Position numbers and translations under genes: made by a program. A DNA stretch of 64,000 nucleotides from the NCBI GenBank assembly GCA_963809485.1, contig CAWEJX010000020.1, positions 704,001 to 768,000 on the forward strand. Reading direction: 5' to 3'. The first letter of the stretch is position 1. Each line of letters begins with the position of its first letter. Shown one piece after another: positions 19,170 through 29,963 of this stretch. Under the pieces are notes generated by a model. It had not been told where the DNA came from, made no database searches, and saw only the letters and a program-made list of their open reading frames with translations. This DNA is from an uncultured Acidobacteriota bacterium (GTDB lineage: Bacteria; Acidobacteriota; UBA6911).

Positions 19170-22010
19170 TCACGGACAGGCTCTCAACTCATCAATTCTC
19201 TGCGCGACATCTCGATAGCTCGGGTCCATTCCGAAAATCCGGTCAAAGCACTCGAGCGCCTGCTCGCTGCTTCCGGCCATCGAATGCGCAACACCCATAT
19301 CATAGCGGAGAGCCATCGCTTCGTGGGAAGAAATATCTGCGACACTCAATCCTGTCTGGCACCATCGAACCGCAGATCGAGGCATGCCCTTCTTGAGGAA
19401 GCAGGTGCTCAGCATACCGCAGCACTGAACGACTTTTTTTGCGTCTTTACGCAAATCAAGGGTTTTCAAGGCACTCTGGAACTCCCGGATCGATTCCTCG
19501 ATCAAGTCCATCTCCCGATACGCCGTCCCGAGGCTGAAGTGTTCTTCAAAATCCTCTTTTGCAATATCCTGGTCCGAGAGGGAGCTGACTTCGTCGAGAA
19601 GATCGGCAAACATTTCGTTGACCTTGAAATCCGATCGGGCGGGTGCAGAAGGGGCATGAGATTGCGTCGATACAGGGAGATCATGATACTGCACGGGCTC
19701 AGGCGGAGCATTGTAAGTCGCGAATGCCGGGGAGGCATCATAATGCGTCTGCAGCGGCTCCCCGAAATCGCCGGCGGAAAGCGCCGATGCCTCGAATGCT
19801 TCCATGGCCGGCTTTTCCGTCTCAGGCTCGGTTTTCGCCCATATCTCCGGACGCTTCCAGCTATTTATATCGTCGGTCGGCTTTTCCGATTCCGGCAACT
19901 GCAGGGTTTGCGCCGGCCCGACATGGTTCTGCACGAAATCGTCCAGGGCATCGCTGGATTCCAGTTCCTGGAAAATCCCGGATCCTCCCAGCGCTATCGG
20001 CTCCGATGGCTCAGTGAAAACGGGCGCTTCGGGCACCGGAATTTCTTCGGGCGGCTGCGCAACAAGTGGCGGTGTTTCGCCCAGCTTGCGGTACCGCTGT
20101 AATATCTCGGGGTGCTCCGGATAAATCCTGCCGATGTCGTTGAGTTTGGCAAGCGCTTCGTCATGGAACCCGAGCCTGATGTAGAAATCCACCTCCTGCA
20201 GCTGTTCCTGGACCGGTTTCGCGGGTGACTTGGGATCGAGGTTTTGGGGATACGCCTCGATCATGGGATCCTGAATCGCCTGGTGCTCAGGCACATCGTA
20301 AGGCTCGTGGCTCTCGTCACCGGTGAAAAACATATCCAGCAGATCGCCCGACAAATCGACTTCTGCGCCTGATTTGAGCTCATCGGATCCTGCTGAGCCG
20401 CTCAGAGTCGATTCGAACCCGATTCCATTCTGGCGCGCAAAGTCATCCAGCTCCTGTTCATGGCTTGAAACCTCCGGAGACAGCTGCCTGGCTTCGGCCA
20501 AATAGCCCAGGGCGGCTTCCCCGTTATTGGCTTTGCGGTTCAGGGCAGCCAGCAGGAGGCATTGTTCGGCAGCTTCGTCGTATCTCTTCTCCTCTTTAAG
20601 TGCGGCAAGCAGCCGGACACGCACTTCCTTATCGGATGGGTCGCGCGTTTCCAGGCCCCGAAGAATGCCCAGGGCTTTCTCGCGCAAACCGTAATTCAAC
20701 AGCAGATCCACCTCAACGATTTCCGAGGAACTTTCCCCTCCCGGGACCGTCATGCCGCCCCGCAGCGACGCGGGAACGGATTCCGCATCGATTTCCGCGG
20801 CAGGAGCCGGGGCTATGTAGGGAACATCCGGATACGCTTCGGAGAAGGCCTGTCGGTGCAGCTGCCGGTGTTTCTCGCTTTCCGGGTTCATCTTGAGTAT
20901 TTTTTCAAGATACTCGGCCGCCTCGGCCGGGCATTTTTTGCTCAAATAATACTCCGAGATCCTTTCCAATGCGTCCAGGTAACGATCCCGGTCGTCGGTT
21001 GCCGAAAAGATGGAAGCCAGCCGGGTCATGGTCAGAATTTGGCCGGGGCAGCGCTGTAAAATCGCCTCGTACATCTTTACCGCACGCTCGGTTTCGCGGC
21101 GTGTTATCAGGATTGGAACGATCGAGTCCAGGCACTCGGCAGCCCGGTCGGATAATTCAGCATCCAGGAAGGCATGGGAAAGGGCGAAAAACTCCTGGTA
21201 CCTGGAGCTATCCATCGAAACGGCCATCTCCAGGGCCCGGGCAGCCGCTTCCGGGTTCTTTATTGCCAGGTAGCCGCGGCCCAGCATCTCGCGCAGATCA
21301 AGATTATCGGGAGCCGCCGAAAGCGATTTTTCCAACAGATCAAGCGCAGGGGCGGCATTCCCCATCTGCAGGCAACAGTCGAAATATCCCTGCATGGCCT
21401 GCACGTTTATGGGATTGAACTGCAATGCCCGTCCGAACGAATCCTTCGCTCCGCTGAGATTGCCGGCTTTTGCCTGGGCGCGCGCTGCGCCGATCCAGTA
21501 TTGATGGGCTTTATCCTCCGCACCCTGCGCGAGATAAAGCTCCGCAAGTTTCCTCTGGATCTCGGCGTTCGCCGGATCCAGCTCGGCGACTTTCTCGTAA
21601 GCGTCCAGAGATTCCTTAGCCTTGCCTTCCTTTTCGTAAAGCGCTGCAACCCGCAGATATTGATTCCGGGCATCGACACTGATTCCCTGCCTCGAGTAGA
21701 GCGAGGCCACGATCAGGTTGATCCCGATGTTGCCGGGATCGGCGCTCAGAATTTTTTTGTATACGGCGATGGCTTTTGAAAGAAAATTGTCGCGGACGTA
21801 GCTTTCGGCGACCTGGGAGAAGCACTTGTTGGCCTCGATCACGTTACCCTGCCGAAGGTACAGATCGCCGATTGTATTCAGTATCAAAACATCGTTGGGA
21901 TCGAATTTGATTATCTTCAGATATTCGCCGATAGCCTGCGGGACTTTTCCCTGCAGCACGAATCTTTCGGCGTCATGAAGAAACCTTGCCTTGCTATCAG
22001 CGGCCACCAT
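19170..22010 (-). CDS. Large TPR protein, SgmX-like architecture
   Basis: N-terminal TPR array (AIGEYLKI..DPND..IGDLY), acidic/Pro linker, EVDFYIRLGF module, C-terminal HFSLGTAYREM TPRs. Confidence 0.8.
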   Translation of the reverse strand: MVAADSKARFLHDAERFVLQGKVPQAIGEYLKIIKFDPNDVLILNTIGDLYLRQGNVIEANKCFSQVAESYVRDNFLSKAIAVYKKILSADPGNIGINLIVASLYSRQGISVDARNQYLRVAALYEKEGKAKESLDAYEKVAELDPANAEIQRKLAELYLAQGAEDKAHQYWIGAARAQAKAGNLSGAKDSFGRALQFNPINVQAMQGYFDCCLQMGNAAPALDLLEKSLSAAPDNLDLREMLGRGYLAIKNPEAAARALEMAVSMDSSRYQEFFALSHAFLDAELSDRAAECLDSIVPILITRRETERAVKMYEAILQRCPGQILTMTRLASIFSATDDRDRYLDALERISEYYLSKKCPAEAAEYLEKILKMNPESEKHRQLHRQAFSEAYPDVPYIAPAPAAEIDAESVPASLRGGMTVPGGESSSEIVEVDLLLNYGLREKALGILRGLETRDPSDKEVRVRLLAALKEEKRYDEAAEQCLLLAALNRKANNGEAALGYLAEARQLSPEVSSHEQELDDFARQNGIGFESTLSGSAGSDELKSGAEVDLSGDLLDMFFTGDESHEPYDVPEHQAIQDPMIEAYPQNLDPKSPAKPVQEQLQEVDFYIRLGFHDEALAKLNDIGRIYPEHPEILQRYRKLGETPPLVAQPPEEIPVPEAPVFTEPSEPIALGGSGIFQELESSDALDDFVQNHVGPAQTLQLPESEKPTDDINSWKRPEIWAKTEPETEKPAMEAFEASALSAGDFGEPLQTHYDASPAFATYNAPPEPVQYHDLPVSTQSHAPSAPARSDFKVNEMFADLLDEVSSLSDQDIAKEDFEEHFSLGTAYREMDLIEESIREFQSALKTLDLRKDAKKVVQCCGMLSTCFLKKGMPRSAVRWCQTGLSVADISSHEAMALRYDMGVAHSMAGSSEQALECFDRIFGMDPSYRDVAQRIDELRACP

Positions 22011-22093
22011 AACCTCCTGAAGCTAATGCCTTACCAATACTCCGAGGGTCCGCCGATGATGGGGCCAGAATCGTGCTGCTTGCCGGGTGTCCT

Positions 22094-22471
22094 TTATGCG
22101 TTCGGGACACTTTCAGGAGCGCGCTCGATTCTCCCTGCTTCCTTCAAACGGGCAGCTTTGCCGCGGCGGCCACGGAGATAATACAGTCTTGCCCGGCGCA
22201 CTTTCCCGCCCTTCACCACTTCCAACTTTTCGATGATGGGTGAGTGCGAAGGGAAAATGCGCTCGATGCCATACCCAAACGAAACCTTCCGAACCGTAAA
22301 AGTCGATGAAATACCGTTGTTTTTCCGAGCGATTACCACGCCTTCAAAAACCTGGATACGGTACTTGTCCCCTTCCTTTATCTTCACATGAACTCGCACC
22401 GTGTCTCCTGGACGAAAGCGGGGAAGATCGGTCCGTAATTGAGAGTTATCGACTGCCCGAAGCAAATCCAT
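22094..22471 (-). CDS. rplS: 50S ribosomal protein L19
   Basis: [29 protein letters not shown]. Confidence 0.98.
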   Translation of the reverse strand: MDLLRAVDNSQLRTDLPRFRPGDTVRVHVKIKEGDKYRIQVFEGVVIARKNNGISSTFTVRKVSFGYGIERIFPSHSPIIEKLEVVKGGKVRRARLYYLRGRRGKAARLKEAGRIERAPESVPNA

Positions 22472-22483
22472 GACAAAGACTCC

Positions 22484-23182
22484 TTAATTTTGGGCTAAAA
22501 TCTTGTTTACCAGCTCCGGCCGGGCCTTTTGGGTCTTTTCCAGAGCCTGTTCTTTACGCCATTTTTCAATTTTGGCATGATCTCCCGAGAGAAGCACTTC
22601 CGGGACAGCCTGCCCTCGAAATTCAGCCGGCCGCGTGTATTGCGGATAGTCCAACAATCCCGTCGAAAAGCTTTCGTTGACCGCGGAATCCGAACAACCC
22701 AGAGCGCCGGGAATCAGCCGAACAACCGAATCAAGAATAACCATCGCCGGGATTTCTCCTCCGGTCAGGACAAAATCCCCAATGGAGATTTCCCTGTCTA
22801 CGAGACAATCTATTACCCGCTGGTCCACTCCTTCGTATCGGCCGCAAATCAGTATAAGATGCGAAATCGTAGCAAATTCAACAGCCATTTCCTGGGACCA
22901 TGTCTTGCCCTGGGGAGTTAGCAGCACCACCTGGCCTTCGCTCCCTCCCTCCGTGCTCCGGCAAAACTCGATCGCCTCAAAAAGCGGGCCAGGCATAAAC
23001 ACCATCCCTTCCCCGCCGCCGTAGGGACGATCGTCCACGGATTTGTGTTTGTCCCTGGTGAAATCCCGCAGATTCACGATGCGGACATCCACCAGCCCCG
23101 ACTGCCTGGCCCGGCGCAGTATTCCGCACTCCAGCACGCCCGAAAACAGCTCGGGAAAAATTGTTATAATATCAAACCTCAT
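22484..23182 (-). CDS. trmD: tRNA (guanine37-N1)-methyltransferase
   Basis: VDDRPYGGG, CGRYEGVD, SIGDFVLTGGE, YTRP. Confidence 0.98.
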   Translation of the reverse strand: MRFDIITIFPELFSGVLECGILRRARQSGLVDVRIVNLRDFTRDKHKSVDDRPYGGGEGMVFMPGPLFEAIEFCRSTEGGSEGQVVLLTPQGKTWSQEMAVEFATISHLILICGRYEGVDQRVIDCLVDREISIGDFVLTGGEIPAMVILDSVVRLIPGALGCSDSAVNESFSTGLLDYPQYTRPAEFRGQAVPEVLLSGDHAKIEKWRKEQALEKTQKARPELVNKILAQN

Positions 23183-23712
23183 TTGTCCAGGTCCATTAAT
23201 CCTTCAGGAGGATCCACCATTATCAGCTTCTCCTTAACGGAGATCCGTATGCATATATCCTCAACCGCGGGGATTAGGTGTTCCCGGCCGGCCTCCTGAA
23301 CAACCAGCTGGCTGTTTCCGGCTAATCGAAGGACATCCACTACGACCCCCAGCCGGGCACCTCGAACATCATTGACGGTGCAACCGACCAGATCGTGATC
23401 GAAATAGGTGCCCTCGGGGAGTTGTACTGCCTGATCGGCCGGAACCTCGACCCAGCATCCCGCAAGAGCTTCGGCCGAGCTGATCGAATCGACTCCGGCA
23501 AATTTCAATACTCTGCGGCCCCTGTATTCCCAGGAATCCTCGAGGGTCATGCGCTGGCGTCGGCCGTCTGCAAATTCCAGCCATACTTCTTCAAGCGCAT
23601 CGAAGCGATCAGGAAAATCCGTGTACAAGTCGGCCAGGACTTCGCCCCTATTCCCTCGAGTCCTGGCGATTCGGGCGATTGCTATAAAGGAAGGCTGCGC
23701 GTCCAGCGCCAC
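23179..23712 (-). CDS. rimM: Ribosome maturation factor RimM
   Basis: IARTRGNRGEV, DLVGC, LIP, DPPEGL; GTG start overlaps the khpA stop. Confidence 0.93.
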   Translation of the reverse strand: MALDAQPSFIAIARIARTRGNRGEVLADLYTDFPDRFDALEEVWLEFADGRRQRMTLEDSWEYRGRRVLKFAGVDSISSAEALAGCWVEVPADQAVQLPEGTYFDHDLVGCTVNDVRGARLGVVVDVLRLAGNSQLVVQEAGREHLIPAVEDICIRISVKEKLIMVDPPEGLMDLDK

Positions 23713-23942
23713 TATTCCAGGATTTCCAGGACAAACCGCTTTTTGAGCTTCATGCCTGCCGCGCCGAGAAGGGTTCGGATGCACCGGGCGGTCCGCCCCT
23801 GCTTCCCGATAACCTTGCCAAGATCGCTCGGCGCCACTCGGAGTTCCAGCACAGTGGTTTGTTCTCCCTCAACCTCGGTTACAGCGACTTGCTCGGGATT
23901 GTCCACAAGCGCTTTCGCAATCATTTCAACCAGATCTTTCAT
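23712..23942 (-). CDS. khpA: KH-domain RNA-binding protein KhpA
   Basis: [14 protein letters not shown]...[13 protein letters not shown]; canonical position between rpsP and rimM. Confidence 0.93.
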   Translation of the reverse strand: MKDLVEMIAKALVDNPEQVAVTEVEGEQTTVLELRVAPSDLGKVIGKQGRTARCIRTLLGAAGMKLKKRFVLEILE

Positions 23943-24022
23943 ATCCGCCTCTCCTCCGAGACCACTCGAAGTAAAACTCGGGAGCTCACTGGGACACCAA
24001 TGCGAAAACGGAAAGGCGACCC

Positions 24023-24280
24023 TTAGCTGGCGGCGACCGATGTGGGAGGAGTGGCCTTTTTCAGCAGGGAGTGCACTGTATCTGAAGGTTGCGCACCGCA
24101 TTCCAGCCAATGACGAACTCTATCCATTTTCAGCTCAATCAACGGGGGATTCGTTGTCGGATTATAATGTCCAACAATCTCCACGAAACTTCCGTCGCGA
24201 GTCTGTCTTCGCTCCATCACCACAACTCGATAAAAGGGCTTCTTTTTTGCGCCCATGCGTGTCAGACGTATTCTAAGCAA
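24023..24280 (-). CDS. rpsP: 30S ribosomal protein S16
   Basis: TTG start after GAGGAGG; [26 protein letters not shown]. Confidence 0.97.
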   Translation of the reverse strand: MLRIRLTRMGAKKKPFYRVVVMERRQTRDGSFVEIVGHYNPTTNPPLIELKMDRVRHWLECGAQPSDTVHSLLKKATPPTSVAAS

Positions 24281-24513
24281 AATTCCTCCTCGTAATAAAA
24301 GCCTCAAAACCCTACAATTCTGGCATATAACGAGATCAGATTCAACTACCGGCGACGGGGCGGAAGCCCACGGACTCGTTTCCAAAGGATACTAGTATTA
24401 GGGGTAAGGAGCTGATTTAATATCTCCCCTTAACCCCAAACCATTGAATATATAAATAATAGCAGAATTCTCCAAAAAAATCCCCATAATTTGGATTTGG
24501 AAGCCTTTTCTTA

Positions 24514-24597
24514 TCAGCGTTTCTCAGCGTTTCAAAATACGGAACTGTCAAACTCTTTGAGTCCCCCGTCAGAGCCGGGGGTTTACCAATGTAATTA
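24514..24597 (-). mobile_element. Partial copy (one end) of the IS200-like element
   Basis: tcagcgtttctcagcgtttcaaaatacggaactgtcaaactctttgagtcccccg...gtttaccaatgtaatta is nearly identical to 3846-3929. Confidence 0.8.
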
Positions 24598-24670
24598 CCA
24601 GTTTATTTATGCCGGTCTGCGACACTTCGCCACGGAATTCTCCGAGAAATACGGATTAGGCTGTGCGGAA

Positions 24671-26008
24671 TCATGGCACCGGAAATTTCATGCCGCGCAG
24701 CATGCGCGGCATGATGCCCCGGCTCAGGCTTTTCATCATTTTCCGCATTTCAACATATTGTTTCAGAAGCTTATTGATTTCAGGAACCGGGCGCCCGCTG
24801 CCTCGGGCAATTCTCTTTCGCCGGCTGCCGTTCAGAATCTGATGATTGCGCCGTTCCTCGGCCGTCATCGAATTGATGATGGCTTCGATGTGAATCAGTT
24901 CCTTTTCGTCCACCTTCATCTGGTTGATTCCGCGCAGGGGGCCCATATTGGGCAGCATTCCCAGGATCTGGTCCAGGGGCCCCATCTGGCGAATCTGTTT
25001 CAACTGATCGCGGAAATCGTCCAGGGTGAACTCGTCCTTGCGGATTTTTTCCGCCATCTCGGCGGCTTGCTCCTGGTCCACCGTTTCCTCGGCCTTCTCG
25101 ATGAGAGACAGCACATCCCCCATCCCGAGAATGCGGCCAGCCAGCCGGTCCGGGAAAAAGGGCTCCAGGGCCTCTACCTTTTCTCCCGTTCCGACGAATT
25201 TGATGGGCTGCCCGGTTACGGTCTTGATCGAGAGGGCCGCGCCTCCCCGGGCATCTCCGTCCATTTTTGTCAGAATGACGCCCGTCAATCCCAACCGGTC
25301 GTGAAATTCCTTGGCGCTGCGGACGGCGTCCTGACCGGTCATGGCATCGGCAACGAGAAGGATTTCGACCGGCGGCGTCGCCTTCCGGATATGTTCGAGC
25401 TCCAGCATCATTTCATCGTCAATGTGGAGGCGGCCGGCTGTATCTATCAAGACGACGTCGTAGCCGCTGTTCCGGGCATGACGCAATCCGCGCTCCGCCC
25501 TGGAGACTGGGTCCTGATCCTCGGGAGCATCAAAATAGCCCAGCTGGTGGCTTTCGCACAGCAGCCGCAACTGTTCAACGGCGGCCGGACGATAGACATC
25601 TACCGACAAAAGCAGGGGCGTATGATTGTTCTTTGTAAGCCACAGGGCCAGCTTTGCGCTGCTGGTGGTTTTCCCGGATCCCTGCAGCCCAACCATCAGG
25701 AAGACGCTCGGGGGTTGTTTCGAAAAATGCAGCTCGGTCTGGGAACCTCCCAACAGTTCGATCAGCTCGTCTCGAACAACCTTGATAACCTGCTGCCCCG
25801 GTGTCAGGGACTCCAGGACGTCCTGTCCAAGCGCGCGCTGCTTGACGCGCTCGACAAACTCCTTGGCGATTTTGAAGTGAACATCCGCATCGAGCAATGC
25901 ATTGCGTATTTCGCGTGCGGTCTCCTCGATATGACGCCCGGAGACTCTTCCCTGTCCGGATAAGTTCCGGAGGATCTTTTGCAGTTTGTTGGATAAATTA
26001 TCGAGCAT
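24671..26008 (-). CDS. ffh: Signal recognition particle protein Ffh
   Basis: GLQGSGKTT, DTAGR, TKMDGDARGG, Met-rich M domain. Confidence 0.98.
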   Translation of the reverse strand: MLDNLSNKLQKILRNLSGQGRVSGRHIEETAREIRNALLDADVHFKIAKEFVERVKQRALGQDVLESLTPGQQVIKVVRDELIELLGGSQTELHFSKQPPSVFLMVGLQGSGKTTSSAKLALWLTKNNHTPLLLSVDVYRPAAVEQLRLLCESHQLGYFDAPEDQDPVSRAERGLRHARNSGYDVVLIDTAGRLHIDDEMMLELEHIRKATPPVEILLVADAMTGQDAVRSAKEFHDRLGLTGVILTKMDGDARGGAALSIKTVTGQPIKFVGTGEKVEALEPFFPDRLAGRILGMGDVLSLIEKAEETVDQEQAAEMAEKIRKDEFTLDDFRDQLKQIRQMGPLDQILGMLPNMGPLRGINQMKVDEKELIHIEAIINSMTAEERRNHQILNGSRRKRIARGSGRPVPEINKLLKQYVEMRKMMKSLSRGIMPRMLRGMKFPVP

Positions 26009-26195
26009 ATCAGCACCCTTGTAACAAAATATTTATGATACCCGATCTGCCGGAGCAAAATGGATGAAAAATAAAAAGGAAGCCCGGAGCCGGAAGCCGG
26101 ACCCAATTCTGGCTTCTTGCTTCCCGCCTCATCCTCATGCATTCTTGCTTCCGGAAAGAATTGTGCATTAAGATTGGATATCCGGTATACCAGAT

Positions 26196-28094
26196 ATGAA
26201 GCATGTAATTGTCGGCACAGCGGGACATATCGACCACGGCAAAAGCGCATTGGTTCGGGCTTTAACAGGGATTGATCCAGACCGCCTGAAGGAAGAGCAG
26301 CTCCGGGGCATTACGATTGACCTGGGATTCGCTCATCTGGACCTCGGCGATGTGCAGGTTGGATTCGTGGACGTACCCGGCCACGAAAAGTTCGTCAAAA
26401 ACATGCTGGCCGGCGTGGGTGGCATCGATTTCGTCCTGCTCGTGGTTGCCGCCGACGAATCGGTCATGCCTCAAACCCGCGAGCATTTCGACATATGCCG
26501 GCTTCTCGGCGTCAGCAACGGCATCATCATCATCAACAAGGCCGATCTTGTCGATTCGGAAATGATCGAGCTGGTCCGCGACGAATTGGTCGAGACGACG
26601 GCAGGATCATTCCTCGAGAATGCCGAAATAATCGCCGTCAGCGCCAAAACCGGCGAAGGCATCGACCGGCTGAAAAAATCCATCCATGACCTCGCCCTGA
26701 CCATGCGCCCGCGGCCGACCAACAAGATGCTCCGTCTTCCGATCGACCGGGCTTTCAGCATCCGCGGTTTCGGCACCGTGCTCACCGGAACTCTGACTTC
26801 CGGCGAAATTCAGAAGGATCAGGAAATCGAGCTCATCCCGGGCGGGCTGACGGCAAAGGTCCGCGGGATCCAGGTCCACGGCGTCATGACCGGTCACGCG
26901 GTTGCGGGACAGCGAACGGCGGTGAACCTCCAGGGCATCGACCTGGCACAGGTTGAGCGCGGTATGGTGGTCACTGTGCCCCACGTCTTCCATTCCACCC
27001 AGATACTGGATGTGCGCCTGCTGCTTCTGCCCGGGGCAAAACCGCTCAAGAACATGGTCAAGGTGCGATTTCACCAGGGGACCCTGGAAGTTCTCGCGCG
27101 CGTTGCGCTCATGGGACAGGACACTCTTGCGCCGGGCGAATCGGCCTACGCTCAACTCCGGCTGGATTCACCGGTATTCTGCCTTCACGGCGACGCTTTT
27201 ATTCTCCGTCAGTTTTCCCCCACCATCACGATCGGCGGAGGCACTATCCTCCACCCCGATCCCCCCAAGCATAAATCCACCGACAAGCAAACGCTTCTCG
27301 CGCTTCAGCAATTGGATCATGGGGATCTCGCGGAAAAAATTCCCGTCCTGCTGGCCACAGATGCCAAGAGGGCCATGAATCTCAGCGAGCTCAATTCGCT
27401 GCTGGGCCTTCCCGGGCCCGATCTCACGAAAATTTGTACGCAACTTGCGCAGTCCGGGAAGCTCGTAATGCTGCCGGCACCGGCTCCTATCCTGGTTTTG
27501 CCGCATATCGTGGAGGCGCTGAAGAAGGAAACTCTGGCGCAGGTAGGCGCCTTCCACAGGGAAAATCCACTGCAAAAGGGCATTTCCAAAGAGGAACTGC
27601 GCAAGCGGTTCTACGACGGCCTGCCTCTGGAAGTGTTCCGACATTGCCTGGATGGATTGGCGGAAAGCCGGAAAATATCCTTCCAGGAAGAGGCGGTTTC
27701 GCTTCACGGCCGGGCTGTCCAGCTCACTGCCGAAGGACAGCAGATACGGGAAATGATCGAGGCTTACTTCCGGAGGTCCGGCTATCAACCCCCTTCACCC
27801 TCGGAACTGCAGCATTCCATCGCCGCGGACCCCGAAGAGATCCGCCGGATATTTTTCTGGATGATCAAGGAAAAAATTCTGGTCAAGCTCTCCGAGGACC
27901 TCGTTTATCACCGGACAACGCTGGAAGAAATCAGAGGCCAGATCAAGGCCAGGTTTGCGCCCGGAACAAAATTCGGGGTTGCCGAATTCAAAGACCTTTT
28001 CGACATCACACGCAAACATGCAATCCCTTTGCTGGAGTACCTTGACCGTGAAAAATTCACCCGCCGCCTGGGCAATGACCGCATCCTGCTTTAG
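26196..28094 (+). CDS. selB: Selenocysteine-specific elongation factor SelB
   Basis: [26 protein letters not shown]; C-terminal winged helix [14 protein letters not shown]. Confidence 0.96.
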   Translation: MKHVIVGTAGHIDHGKSALVRALTGIDPDRLKEEQLRGITIDLGFAHLDLGDVQVGFVDVPGHEKFVKNMLAGVGGIDFVLLVVAADESVMPQTREHFDICRLLGVSNGIIIINKADLVDSEMIELVRDELVETTAGSFLENAEIIAVSAKTGEGIDRLKKSIHDLALTMRPRPTNKMLRLPIDRAFSIRGFGTVLTGTLTSGEIQKDQEIELIPGGLTAKVRGIQVHGVMTGHAVAGQRTAVNLQGIDLAQVERGMVVTVPHVFHSTQILDVRLLLLPGAKPLKNMVKVRFHQGTLEVLARVALMGQDTLAPGESAYAQLRLDSPVFCLHGDAFILRQFSPTITIGGGTILHPDPPKHKSTDKQTLLALQQLDHGDLAEKIPVLLATDAKRAMNLSELNSLLGLPGPDLTKICTQLAQSGKLVMLPAPAPILVLPHIVEALKKETLAQVGAFHRENPLQKGISKEELRKRFYDGLPLEVFRHCLDGLAESRKISFQEEAVSLHGRAVQLTAEGQQIREMIEAYFRRSGYQPPSPSELQHSIAADPEEIRRIFFWMIKEKILVKLSEDLVYHRTTLEEIRGQIKARFAPGTKFGVAEFKDLFDITRKHAIPLLEYLDREKFTRRLGNDRILL

Positions 28095-28237
28095 CGTGCG
28101 TCGCATTTCGGAGATCCGGTGGCCGCGCGGAGTCGGCATCGGGAAGCCGAAAAAGCAAAGGTAGCCTCTCCTGTATCCCCGGGATGACGCCCGATGGTTG
28201 AAGTACGGTCTGTATAGGAAATTTTCGGAGTTAAAAT

Positions 28238-28429
28238 ATGGCTGGATCTTTCGGACTTTCAGAACTGCTGATCATCCTGCTTATCGTTATCGTAATTTTC
28301 GGAGGGAGCAGGATTCCTCAGCTGGGCAAGGGCTTGGGAGAGGCTATCCGTAATTTCAAATCGGCCATCAAAGCCGTGAACGAAAATCCGGAGGAAAAGG
28401 CCAAAGACGACAAAATCGATAGAGCCTGA
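28238..28429 (+). CDS. tatA: Twin-arginine translocase TatA/TatE subunit
   Basis: TM helix, FG hinge, IPQLGKGLGEAIRNFK. Confidence 0.92.
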   Translation: MAGSFGLSELLIILLIVIVIFGGSRIPQLGKGLGEAIRNFKSAIKAVNENPEEKAKDDKIDRA

Positions 28430-28445
28430 CCGGATCGCATCCAGG

Positions 28446-29963
28446 TCATCCTGCTTTGCCTCCCTGATAGCGGATACGGCGCACTACGCGGACACCGCAG
28501 CGCCAGTCCTCGTTTATGGATACTTTCCATACCTCCAGAGCCGGATCCAGATAACCAAGCATCGATTCCGTAGAATCGTGGAAGGAAAAAACCGGAGACA
28601 CCAGGTAAATCCTGGGATGATTCCGGTTCAGGCGTATTTCGGAAAAATACCCGCGGCGTTCAAAGTCTCCATTTTCGTTGTGCTGTATCACACGTCCCCA
28701 GTAATCCAGAGCCTGCAGCGGAAGATCCGGATCGGCGTCGACTTTTAGCTCCAGGACGATAAGGGTTCCCTGGCGATCCGCACTCAGGATATCTACCCGG
28801 CCCGGATTTGCCCCCAGATAAACGGGGATCTGGGAATAGACGGATTCACTCGCTATCTCAGGAAAAAGTCGCGGCATATCCTCAAGAATCATCGCTTCGA
28901 GCCACCTCTCCGCCTGCAGCCGGTAATAGGGATGCCTCATATCGGGACTGTCCGCCCTGCGGAAATAAATTATCGAACGGACCAGAGAGCTGAGGCCATC
29001 AAAACTGCCGTCTGTCAGCTCTTCCCGCTGATCCCCGACCCCAAAGAATATCCGGTCCCGTTGGGGGCCCATCACCTGGGCGAATTCCAGCCCCCAGAGC
29101 CGGAGCGAATCATAATCCTGGAAACGGGGATACCGACGGATGAGAGAAGGCGCCAGGTTCAGCACCTTTTCCAGCAGCGGACTCCATCGAAAGGGACCCA
29201 GCACGGGCCAGCGGAAATCTTTGTTCTCCTCGGCCCGGAGAGGCACCGGAGCTTTGCGGATGTCCGGCGCTTCCCCTGCCGCATCCCGATACTCCCAAAC
29301 TTCCGTACGGACTTTTCCCCCATCCAGATACCGGCACCGGTGCCAGACAATGGCGGAACCGCCAACAGGTACGAGAAGATGCATGCCTGGCGGAGTTTTG
29401 AGACGTTTCGCGGAGTTCAAATAACTGAGCCACAAGAGCGCCTGCCCAAGAATCAACGGAGCGGATCCGCTGTCATCCGCCGCGACCAGCAGCCAGTCTT
29501 TTCCCCGGTGACGAAAGTGGATGCGCAGGAAAAGGCCGGACAGCGTTCGGGCCAGGTCCGCCCTCCTGCTCCTATGCACAATTTGATGCCCGGCAAACTT
29601 CCCTCTCAGCCAGGATTGGACCAGGCTCCATAATGCAGCAGAATCCACCCGGAGCGGCACCGCAAAGGATTGCCAGCAAACATCGAATGGGGCCGGCACG
29701 GGATTTTGGGCGCTGGAAAGGAGTATGCGCAGGCCCCACGGTTTTGGTATTGCGGACAGTACGGTAAAATTCTCTCTCTCCCCCTGAAACCGGAAATAAA
29801 TCTTGCTTCCCGACTGCTTCCACCGGGGATCCACCGACTGCCAGCAGCCCAGGTCCTGCGAGCGCCATCGAATATGAGCCATTTCCGCTTTATCTTTGGC
29901 AATTTCCATGAGCGCCAGCGTTTTCTGCAGGCGTATCCCGATCCCCATGCCTTTGCCCCCCAT
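28446..29963 (-). CDS. Hypothetical protein with C-terminal PD-(D/E)xK nuclease-like (NucS-C-like) domain
   Basis: ERWLE...GRVDILSAD...LIVLELK...LQALDY; start uncertain. Confidence 0.65.
   Translation of the reverse strand: MGGKGMGIGIRLQKTLALMEIAKDKAEMAHIRWRSQDLGCWQSVDPRWKQSGSKIYFRFQGERENFTVLSAIPKPWGLRILLSSAQNPVPAPFDVCWQSFAVPLRVDSAALWSLVQSWLRGKFAGHQIVHRSRRADLARTLSGLFLRIHFRHRGKDWLLVAADDSGSAPLILGQALLWLSYLNSAKRLKTPPGMHLLVPVGGSAIVWHRCRYLDGGKVRTEVWEYRDAAGEAPDIRKAPVPLRAEENKDFRWPVLGPFRWSPLLEKVLNLAPSLIRRYPRFQDYDSLRLWGLEFAQVMGPQRDRIFFGVGDQREELTDGSFDGLSSLVRSIIYFRRADSPDMRHPYYRLQAERWLEAMILEDMPRLFPEIASESVYSQIPVYLGANPGRVDILSADRQGTLIVLELKVDADPDLPLQALDYWGRVIQHNENGDFERRGYFSEIRLNRNHPRIYLVSPVFSFHDSTESMLGYLDPALEVWKVSINEDWRCGVRVVRRIRYQGGKAG

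Noticed and set aside
24491-25963. Long antisense ORFs (also 49427-51046, 52222-53391, 60942-62066 and others)
   Set aside because: They are shadows of well-conserved genes in GC-rich DNA.
28095-28237. Possible tRNA-Sec or SRP RNA near selB/ffh
   Set aside because: No cloverleaf, UCA anticodon arm, T-loop or SRP domain IV motif was found.
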